Below are positions 9,983 to 17,864 of a stretch of DNA of 64,000 nt, piece after piece. Source of the DNA: Thermotogota bacterium (lineage in GTDB: Bacteria; Thermotogota; Thermotogae; MWEM01); assembly GCA_036743375.1 (NCBI GenBank), contig DAINPP010000001.1, forward strand, positions 80,154 through 144,153. The letters are read 5' to 3'. Within the stretch, counting starts at the first letter, position 1; each line of letters starts with the position of its first letter. The position numbers and the translations under genes are program-made. The notes below the pieces were generated by a model, which was not told the origin of the DNA, ran no database searches, and saw only the letters and a program-made list of their open reading frames with translations.

Positions 9983-11195
9983 CGGCTTCTTCTGGAGTCA
10001 TTTTTTCTGTTACTGCTGCAAGCCAGTATGTTTTTATTACATCCGAGTATTCCGGATAATGTGTACTTCTATTGGGTCTGCTAACTGCATATACTCCAGC
10101 TTCTGCCATTCCGGCATACCACGGCTTTTCCGAAGAGAGTTCCTGAAGAAGATCTGTTCTAACAGGAGTCATTCCAAGTTCAGCGAGTTTAAGCCCCACC
10201 GTGTAATTGTTTACCCAATAGGCGAATTCAGCGGCAGCGGATTGGTGTTCTGAAGCCTTCGGAATACCGAATATCCAACATCCCCTTACAGCCGCTCTTT
10301 TTTCCGGACCGGAAGGTGGCGCTGTATAAAGAATCTGACCGGCTACCATTGATTCATCTTCATTTTCATGTGATGGAACTATTCCCGGCCACTGGAACAT
10401 TGAAAATACGAGTCCGTCGCTAAAGGCCCCTATTCTTTCCGCATGACCCATGCTGAGAGAACCTTCCGGAGAGTACTTTATAAGCTCTTTGTAGTAATTA
10501 ATTGCTTCTGCCGCTTTTGTCCGATCAAGTGTTACTTCATATTTTCCATCTACCATCGTCAATGGACTGGTTCCAAACGATTCATAGAAGAGAATCGCTT
10601 CACAGGTTGCGCCTTCACTGTTTGCAGTAAATGGGGCAAATCCGAATATTCCCTGTTCACTGAAAAATATGGACATATCAAGCAGCTGATCGAACGTCTC
10701 GGGTACTTGAAGATCGTATCCGTATTCCGCTTGAAATGCTTTTTGATTTGACTCATCCTCGACAAGGTCTTTTCTTGTCATCCAGATATACATATTTCCA
10801 TTATTTGGGATACCGACAAGTTCCCCGTCCCATTCTGCCGCTGCAAAAATTGCCGCAGGAATATCATCTGTTCCTACCTTTGGGAATATTTTCCCTTCCG
10901 GCCACTGTGAATAAGGTATAAGAAGGTCTCCGAACTTTGCAACATTTCCCTCATCAATCGCTACAAGATCGTAATTTGCCTTGTTCTCCGTTACATTAAG
11001 TGATGTTTTCTGAAGCATTGACCCCGATGGAATTAATTCAAGGGATACTTTGATTCCAGTTGCCTTTTCAAACTCTGATGTAAGCGTTTTCCAGGACTGC
11101 GAATGAGCATCATCCCAGGTTAAAACCTTAATTGTTTCCGCAAACATCATAGTCGAAGATAAAACGACTAACATAACTAAAAAAAGTTTCCTCAT
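9933..11195 (-). CDS. Extracellular sugar-binding protein of an ABC transporter
   Basis: Signal peptide MRKLFLVMLVVLSSTMMFAETIKV. About 420 aa, typical of family 1 solute-binding proteins. First gene of the sbp-perm-perm operon. Confidence 0.85.
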   Translation of the reverse strand: MRKLFLVMLVVLSSTMMFAETIKVLTWDDAHSQSWKTLTSEFEKATGIKVSLELIPSGSMLQKTSLNVTENKANYDLVAIDEGNVAKFGDLLIPYSQWPEGKIFPKVGTDDIPAAIFAAAEWDGELVGIPNNGNMYIWMTRKDLVEDESNQKAFQAEYGYDLQVPETFDQLLDMSIFFSEQGIFGFAPFTANSEGATCEAILFYESFGTSPLTMVDGKYEVTLDRTKAAEAINYYKELIKYSPEGSLSMGHAERIGAFSDGLVFSMFQWPGIVPSHENEDESMVAGQILYTAPPSGPEKRAAVRGCWIFGIPKASEHQSAAAEFAYWVNNYTVGLKLAELGMTPVRTDLLQELSSEKPWYAGMAEAGVYAVSRPNRSTHYPEYSDVIKTYWLAAVTEKMTPEEAVESTINGLDELLEKYE

Positions 11196-11425
11196 TTAAT
11201 AAAACCTCCCTGAAAAGATTGAGATCTAATTATTATAGAGCTTAAATTAATACCAAAACTATTATACTCAACAAAACTATATAATGCAAAACAGAAATCT
11301 GCCGTTTTTTAAAGTAACTTACAGGATATTAACCAATAGGCGAGTATTTATCTGATAGTTGTACCAAATCATAAATAATAGGGTATTTTGATTTTAATTA
11401 AAACTTTTAATTTATTTTTGTTTTT

Positions 11426-11434
11426 TGGTATAAT
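11426..11434 (+). promoter_or_regulatory. Extended -10 element (TGGTATAAT) of the ROK/sugar-operon promoter
   Basis: TGnTATAAT consensus about 35 nt upstream of the ROK start. AGAGGAAAGG RBS follows. Confidence 0.5.
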
Positions 11435-11467
11435 TCAAACTGGTACAAAAAGAGGAAAGGTGATTTG

Positions 11468-12706
11468 ATGAAAAAAACAATAATGGATCTTAATTCAATT
11501 AAAGTGGCAAACAGATCGGTCTTGTTGAAAATTCTCAGTGAAAATGGCCCGATGTCAAGAAAAGATATTTCGGAATTGTCAGGATTATCTGCGGGCGCCA
11601 TCACGATTATTTCAAACGAACTGTTGAATGAAGGGATTATCAAAGAAGTTGGACATGCAGACTCTACGGGAAAAGCCGGGAGGAAAAAAATTCTGATAGA
11701 CATAGAAAAAAAACACAAATATATACTCGGTATCAACATAGAAAAAGAGCGTATTTCGCTTGCGATATCCGATCTTGATCTTAATATCATCATAGATGAT
11801 GAATTTGATATGGAGAATGATATCCCCCCGGAAGAACTGTTTCTTGATATTGTAGAGAAGATAAAAGACCTCCTCTGGAAAATGGATATCTCAAAGAGTA
11901 ATGTCCTCGGTATAGGTGTAGGGGTTGTAGGAAGGGTAGATCCGGTAAATGGAATCAGTATGGAAGCCTATGATATCTGGAATGAACAGGTGCCTATCAA
12001 AGATTTGTTGGAAAGAAGTCTGAAAATTCCCGTTGTAGTGGATAATAATGTAAGAGCACTTGCGCTGGCCGAGATTTATTGTTCGGAAATGAAAGATCTG
12101 AGTGATTTTATTTTTCTTAAGCACGGTCCGGGACTTGGTGCCGCCATTGTAATAAACAGAAAGCTTCTGTATGGATTTCAGAATATGGCCGGTGAGATTG
12201 GCCATATCATTGTGGATCCTGAAGGACCTGAATGCGGTTGTGGCCAACGCGGCTGTCTTGAAACACTCATATCAACGAGGCGATTAAAAAAAGAGATAAA
12301 GGAGAATTTCAATGAAACTGAGTATCCGGTTCTTTATAAACTGTGTAATGGAGAAAAAGACATCATCAGAAGTTCTATGATTTTCAGAGCTTTTGAGCTC
12401 GGAGAAGAAAAGATCATTGAGAAAATCCAAAAAAATCTGATTTATCTTTCTGTCGGAATAATCAGTATCATGAAAACGGTAGATCCGGAAAAAATCATCT
12501 TTTTTGGAGATTTGTTTAAACACAGTGTACTAATTGAACAGCTTAAAAAAACTATGATTTCACAGATAAATGATGAATCTATTGGTGAAAAATTAATAAC
12601 AAGTTGTCTTGAGTATCGAAGTCCCGCCATAGGAAGTCTTGCCATAGCCCTTGAAAGACTTTTTTATGAAACCGGAGCCATTTACAAATCATACAGACTG
12701 GAGTGA
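11468..12706 (+). CDS. ROK-family transcriptional regulator (NagC/XylR type)
   Basis: N-terminal winged HTH (SRKDISELSGLSAGAITIISNELLNEGII), ROK sugar-kinase-like fold, and Zn motif GHIIVDPEGPECGCGQRGCLE. ATG at 11468 after an RBS. Confidence 0.85.
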   Translation: MKKTIMDLNSIKVANRSVLLKILSENGPMSRKDISELSGLSAGAITIISNELLNEGIIKEVGHADSTGKAGRKKILIDIEKKHKYILGINIEKERISLAISDLDLNIIIDDEFDMENDIPPEELFLDIVEKIKDLLWKMDISKSNVLGIGVGVVGRVDPVNGISMEAYDIWNEQVPIKDLLERSLKIPVVVDNNVRALALAEIYCSEMKDLSDFIFLKHGPGLGAAIVINRKLLYGFQNMAGEIGHIIVDPEGPECGCGQRGCLETLISTRRLKKEIKENFNETEYPVLYKLCNGEKDIIRSSMIFRAFELGEEKIIEKIQKNLIYLSVGIISIMKTVDPEKIIFFGDLFKHSVLIEQLKKTMISQINDESIGEKLITSCLEYRSPAIGSLAIALERLFYETGAIYKSYRLE

Positions 12707-12710
12707 TTAT

Positions 12711-14027
12711 ATGAGCGAGAAGTTAAAAATAGGGGTCGTCTGTCTTGTCAGAAAGACGTTTGATTTTGAGGCAGCTGCTGAGATTTATCAGGAGATCATA
12801 AAAAAATATGGAAGAAGAGAGGATGTTGAATATATATTCATAAAACGGACAATCGTTGAACCCGAGGAGGCAAAAAATGCCGCAGATGAACTGTTGAAAA
12901 GCAATATCGACGGTGTGGTCATCATAAGCGGGACTTTCCATCTGGGGCATCTCGCACTGATTATCAACAGGGAAATAAAAAAGCCACTTTTACTCTGGGG
13001 GCTTCCAGAATTACCCTATAACGGGGGTAAAATCAGATTGAATTCCGTGTGCGGAGTTAATTTAAATGCCTCCAATCTTTATAAATCCGGTAATGATACA
13101 TTCCATGTCTCCGTATCCGGTGAAATGGATGAAGATTGGATCAATGCACTGAAGATAAAAAAAATTCTCAGCAGTTCTCACATCGGAATTCTCGGTTACA
13201 GGGCAAGGGGTTTTTTTAATGTTGGCATAGATGAACTGGGAAGTTATGCGGAAACAGGAATGCTCCTTGATCATTACGATCTGATAGATGTTATGAATAC
13301 TGAAACGGATTGGGTATCGGTTGAAAAGGCCGAAGAAGAAATAAAGAGTATTTTCAACACAAAACCTGTTACTTCAGATCAATTAAGAAAAGTGGCGGAA
13401 TTGTCTGTGAAATTTGAAAATTTCATGACCTCAAATCATATTGATGCACTCGCTATCCGTTGCTGGCCTGAATTTGCCGCTCAATATGGCATAGCACCAT
13501 GTGCTTCAATGTCTTATCTGCAGTCAAAGGGATTTATTCTCGGCTGTGAGGGAGATGTTGAAGGGGTAATGAGTATGCTCGCCCACAAGGCTGTTGGTGC
13601 AGAAACACCTTTTCTCGCAGATTTCTCGCAAGTCGATCTTGAAAATAATTTTGCCCTGCTATGGCATTGCGGTGTAGCACCATGTAATCTTACCGATGGA
13701 GTCTGTGACTGTTCGCTTGATGCCTATCATATGGGGGGAAAAGGTGTGACGGCAGATTTTGTCATGAAATCTGGTGAAATATCGGTTCTCCGGATAGATA
13801 CGGCAAGGGGGAAAACGCGAATGCTGCTTGCCAGGGGAACAGCTTACCCCATGGAAAAAGAACTTCGGGGGACGTATATGAAATCAAGGTTTGATATCCC
13901 GTTAAATGAATTACTCGATAAAGTCGTTTATAACGGCATTGCACATCATATTTCAGTCGTATACGGCGATTATACAAAATCATTTGAAATTCTCTCACAT
14001 ATCAACAAATGGGAAATTATCAGATAG
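12711..14027 (+). CDS. Aldose-ketose isomerase of the L-fucose/L-arabinose isomerase (FucI/AraA) superfamily. Candidate sugar (sulfoquinovose?) isomerase.
   Basis: ATG at 12711 after a GGAGTG RBS, 4 nt past the ROK stop. Motif FILGCEGDVEGVMSML resembles the AraA catalytic GAEGDWK region, and RCWPEF resembles conserved FucI/AraA-like segments. Confidence 0.6.
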   Translation: MSEKLKIGVVCLVRKTFDFEAAAEIYQEIIKKYGRREDVEYIFIKRTIVEPEEAKNAADELLKSNIDGVVIISGTFHLGHLALIINREIKKPLLLWGLPELPYNGGKIRLNSVCGVNLNASNLYKSGNDTFHVSVSGEMDEDWINALKIKKILSSSHIGILGYRARGFFNVGIDELGSYAETGMLLDHYDLIDVMNTETDWVSVEKAEEEIKSIFNTKPVTSDQLRKVAELSVKFENFMTSNHIDALAIRCWPEFAAQYGIAPCASMSYLQSKGFILGCEGDVEGVMSMLAHKAVGAETPFLADFSQVDLENNFALLWHCGVAPCNLTDGVCDCSLDAYHMGGKGVTADFVMKSGEISVLRIDTARGKTRMLLARGTAYPMEKELRGTYMKSRFDIPLNELLDKVVYNGIAHHISVVYGDYTKSFEILSHINKWEIIR

Positions 14028-14042
14028 GTATTTTCTAATTCT

Positions 14043-14948
14043 ATGAGTGGGAAATCTATCGTTTCATTATTATTACTTAATCTGATTTGGGGGAGTTTTT
14101 ATGTGGCGAATAAATTCTCCCTCTCAACACTATCCCCTCTGTTTGTTGGTACATCGGTCAGATTTCTCGCTATGCTTTTTCTAACTGTGTATATCATCCT
14201 CAAAGGGGATTTCAGAAACCTTTTCAACGTAAAACCGGTTATACATAAACTTATTATAATAGGTATGCTTGGATTCTCCCTTGATATAACCGCCTTTCTC
14301 GGGCTACAGCTTTCTACGGCCTCAAATGCCTCTATTCTTTTAAAAGCCGATGTTCTGTTTACAAATTTGATCTCAGTATTTGTCTTAAAACAGAAATTCA
14401 CAAAAAAGGACTGGCTGTTAACGGGTATTATTCTCTTTGGGACATTCCTTGTTATGGATGTTGATCTCACACGGTTTCAACTGAATGGAGTCGGGGATTT
14501 CCTGTTTATTGCAAGCGCTTTCTGTGTTGCCTTAAACGGATTTGTGATTAAATCAGTTCAACAGGATACACGTGTAAATATACGGGATACAACCGTGGCT
14601 TTTTATAACAACGGCATAACGTTTGGGATCTTCTTTATACTGTTTCTGATATACGATAAACAGGTTCCATTCGAACAGATTGAATCGAACAATCTGGTAA
14701 TCTACTCCCTCTTTTACACCGGATTGATGCAGACTGCCATATATATCCTGTATTATTATAATCTGAGAATGTTGCAGGTTTGGATTGTCAGAATAATGTT
14801 ACTACTGATGCCAATTGTTGCTTCTTTTACCAGTTTCTTCGTTCTTGGAGAGACACTCGATCTATTTCAGATCGTCGGAATGATCACTGTAATACTCGGA
14901 ACAATGGGAATAATACTCGAACATAAAGGGGAAAATAAGGGGGAATAA
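14043..14948 (+). CDS. EamA/DMT-family transporter. Candidate exporter of the pathway end product.
   Basis: Ten predicted TM helices in two EamA-like halves. N-terminus LNLIWGSFYVANKF is typical. Confidence 0.8.
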   Translation: MSGKSIVSLLLLNLIWGSFYVANKFSLSTLSPLFVGTSVRFLAMLFLTVYIILKGDFRNLFNVKPVIHKLIIIGMLGFSLDITAFLGLQLSTASNASILLKADVLFTNLISVFVLKQKFTKKDWLLTGIILFGTFLVMDVDLTRFQLNGVGDFLFIASAFCVALNGFVIKSVQQDTRVNIRDTTVAFYNNGITFGIFFILFLIYDKQVPFEQIESNNLVIYSLFYTGLMQTAIYILYYYNLRMLQVWIVRIMLLLMPIVASFTSFFVLGETLDLFQIVGMITVILGTMGIILEHKGENKGE

Positions 14949-14951
14949 CAC

Positions 14952-16067
14952 ATGGACTTCAGATTTTTTGTACCTGTAGAAATCTATTTTGGTCAAGACG
15001 AGATAAACAGGTTAAATACGATAATAAAAAATGGCCGTTGCCTGATTATCAGCGATCCCGTCCTTAAAGAGACAGGAATTGTTGATAGGATTAAAGAGCG
15101 TCTTTCATCCGAATGCATTGTCAACGAATTTTGCGAAGTAGAGCCAAATCCTTCCTGCGAAACGGTAGAAAGAGGAGCCGCCCTGATAAAGAAGATAAAT
15201 GTCGATTTCATCATTGCAGCAGGTGGAGGAAGTACAATTGATGTGGCAAAGGCCATTTCCTGTTTAAGTACTGCCGAAGGCGATTTCAAAGAATATCTTT
15301 ACGGGGAAAGGATATTTGACAGAAGAAACACAAAATTGATAGCCATCCCAACCACTTCTGGAACCGGCAGTGAAGTGACAAATGTCGGTGTTTATACAGA
15401 TCTGTCAAAGGGAATAAAAATGCCACTCGTAACAGATTTGTTCTGGTGTGATTATGCCATAATAGATCCGACACTGACAGTAACACTCCCCAAAAGGGCA
15501 ACAGCTTCTACATCACTTGATGCATTTACTCATGCGATAGAAGCTTATTGGGCGGATTCCACACAGCCAATCAGTAAATCGCTTTCCCTGCAGGCGATGA
15601 AATTAATTATAGAAAACCTTGAGCTTGCTATTATCACGCCAGATAATTACTCTGCCAGGGAAAATCTCCTCTTCGCAAGTCTGATAGCAGGTATGTCTTT
15701 TGCACAGACAAGAACAACAATTCTTCATGCCCTGAGCTTCCCACTAACCAGTCGGTACGGACTCGAACATGGGTTTGCCTGCGCTATTGCGCTTCCGGAA
15801 GTCATGAAAGATAATTATGAATTTTACAAAGATGAAATGGACAACCTGTTAAAATATCTTGATTTCGAAGATATTGAAGGCCTTTCCGCTTATTTTTCAG
15901 ACATGATGAAAAATGTTGGAGCACCGGTGTGTTTAAGCGAAATCGGAATCAGCTCAGAAGATCTTGATGAAATTGTCTTGACCACTTTGAATGCACCGAT
16001 TTCAAAGTTGAATCCAAAAAAATATACCTACGAAGAACTCAAAAGAACACTTAACAAAATCTTATAA
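14952..16067 (+). CDS. Iron-containing alcohol dehydrogenase. Candidate sulfoacetaldehyde reductase of the TauF/SqwF type.
   Basis: Fe-ADH signature AAGGGSTIDVAKAI plus downstream His-rich metal site (HAIEAYW, ILHALSFPL). Confidence 0.9.
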   Translation: MDFRFFVPVEIYFGQDEINRLNTIIKNGRCLIISDPVLKETGIVDRIKERLSSECIVNEFCEVEPNPSCETVERGAALIKKINVDFIIAAGGGSTIDVAKAISCLSTAEGDFKEYLYGERIFDRRNTKLIAIPTTSGTGSEVTNVGVYTDLSKGIKMPLVTDLFWCDYAIIDPTLTVTLPKRATASTSLDAFTHAIEAYWADSTQPISKSLSLQAMKLIIENLELAIITPDNYSARENLLFASLIAGMSFAQTRTTILHALSFPLTSRYGLEHGFACAIALPEVMKDNYEFYKDEMDNLLKYLDFEDIEGLSAYFSDMMKNVGAPVCLSEIGISSEDLDEIVLTTLNAPISKLNPKKYTYEELKRTLNKIL

Positions 16068-16071
16068 AGAG

Positions 16072-16911
16072 GTGAATGTCTTGACTGAAACGGAAATTAA
16101 GTACCTTGAAAAAAAGGCAAAAGAAATCAGAAGTCTTACTATTGAAATGATAGGCAGACTTGGGGTCGGTCATATTGGTGGATCCCTTTCTATCATCGAT
16201 GCGCTGGTTGCACTTTATTATCATGAAATGAAAATTGATCCCAAAGATCCAAAATGGGTAGAAAGAGATCATTTCATTCTCTCAAAGGGACACGGTGGGC
16301 CCGGAGTATACGCGGTACTGGCCGATAAAGGCTTCTTTCCTAGAGAATGGATAAGCACGTTAAATCAGCCAAATACAAATCTGCCTTCTCATTGCGATAA
16401 AAATCTGACGCCGGGTATCGATATGACGGCCGGTTCATTGGGTCAGGGATTGTCTGCAGCCATTGGTATGGCTATTGCGAAGAAGATAGATAAGAGGGAT
16501 TCAAGAGTTTACTGTATTATCGGAGATGGAGAAAGTCAGGAAGGGCAGATATGGGAAGCGGCAATGCTTGCACCTGCCAAAAAACTTGATAATCTCACCG
16601 TTTTTCAGGATTACAACAAGATGCAGATCGATGGAACGATTGAAGAGATCAACGCTCTCGAACCATTGACGGATAAATGGACGGCATTTGGCTGGAACGT
16701 TTATTCAGTCGATGGACACAACATTGAAGCGATTTGTACGGCTATAGAAAAGGGTAAAGAAGTAAAAGATAAACCGACTATGATAGTACTCCATACGATA
16801 AAGGGAAAAGGCGCCTTCTTCGCTGAAGGAAAATTATCCTGTCATAATATGAAAGTTTCAGAAGAGGATTGGAAAAAGGCCGTAGAAGAATTGACAAAGG
16901 AAGAGGTGTAA
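16072..16911 (+). CDS. Transketolase, N-terminal (TPP-binding) subunit
   Basis: GHIGGSLS, SKGHGGP and GDGESQEG thiamine-diphosphate motifs. Split-TK architecture. GTG at 16072, alternative TTG at 16081. Confidence 0.9.
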   Translation: MNVLTETEIKYLEKKAKEIRSLTIEMIGRLGVGHIGGSLSIIDALVALYYHEMKIDPKDPKWVERDHFILSKGHGGPGVYAVLADKGFFPREWISTLNQPNTNLPSHCDKNLTPGIDMTAGSLGQGLSAAIGMAIAKKIDKRDSRVYCIIGDGESQEGQIWEAAMLAPAKKLDNLTVFQDYNKMQIDGTIEEINALEPLTDKWTAFGWNVYSVDGHNIEAICTAIEKGKEVKDKPTMIVLHTIKGKGAFFAEGKLSCHNMKVSEEDWKKAVEELTKEEV

Positions 16912-16915
16912 GCAT

Positions 16916-17854
16916 ATGATGCACGAAAAGGAAATGAGACAGGTATACGCCGAACTTCTCGTTGAAAGAGCAGAGAAAGATGATAGAATAGTCGTTCTCG
17001 AAGCTGATCTGATGAAAGCGACGGGAACAACACCTTTTAAGGAAAAATTCCCCGAGAGGTTTGTGGATGTTGGAGTTGCCGAAGCAAACATGATCGGAAC
17101 AGCTGCAGGTATGGCCGTTATGGGAAAGATTCCCTTCGCCCATTCATTTACACCTTTTGCAACAAGAAGGGTACTGGACCAAATAGCCATCTCTATCGCT
17201 TACGCAAAAGTTAATGCAAAGATTGGGGGCACAGATCCCGGAATCATGGCCGAATTGAACGGGGGAACCCATATGAGTGTGTCCGATGCGGGTCTTATCA
17301 GAGGTCTTCCGAATATGATAGTGGTAGAACCCGCCGATGCAATACAGCTGAAATCTCTATTCCCTCAGATTACCGATGTTGAAAACCCTGTCTATATGAG
17401 ACTTGCCAGAAAAGCTAAAGAACTGTATTTTGAGGATGAAACTGAATTTGAATTGGGTAAGATTTACCAGATGAAAGAGGGACATGATGTCACCATTATT
17501 TGTTCAGGCCTGATGATCAAGTATTCAAAGATGGCAGTGGAAATCCTTGAAAAAGAGGGTATCAGTGTCAGATTGCTTAACATGCATACCCTTAAGCCGG
17601 TCGATAAAGAAATGATCATTAAAGCAGCAGAAGAAACCGGTGCCATTGTTACCGCTGAAAATCACAGTATTGTCAACGGATGGGGAACGGCCGTTGCAGA
17701 AGTTGTTGTAGAGAATTGCCCGGTCCCGATGGAAAGAATAGGCATCAGGGATCATTTTGGTGAGGTAGGACTCGTTCCATTTCTGCTTGAAAAATATCAC
17801 ATGACGGAAAAAGATATCGTAGATGCCGTAAAAAAAGTGTTAAAGAGAAAATAA
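16916..17854 (+). CDS. Transketolase, C-terminal (pyrimidine-binding) subunit
   Basis: VDVGVAEANMIGTAAGMA motif. Follows the N-terminal subunit gene by 4 nt. Confidence 0.9.
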   Translation: MMHEKEMRQVYAELLVERAEKDDRIVVLEADLMKATGTTPFKEKFPERFVDVGVAEANMIGTAAGMAVMGKIPFAHSFTPFATRRVLDQIAISIAYAKVNAKIGGTDPGIMAELNGGTHMSVSDAGLIRGLPNMIVVEPADAIQLKSLFPQITDVENPVYMRLARKAKELYFEDETEFELGKIYQMKEGHDVTIICSGLMIKYSKMAVEILEKEGISVRLLNMHTLKPVDKEMIIKAAEETGAIVTAENHSIVNGWGTAVAEVVVENCPVPMERIGIRDHFGEVGLVPFLLEKYHMTEKDIVDAVKKVLKRK

Positions 17855-17864
17855 GGCGATTCGC

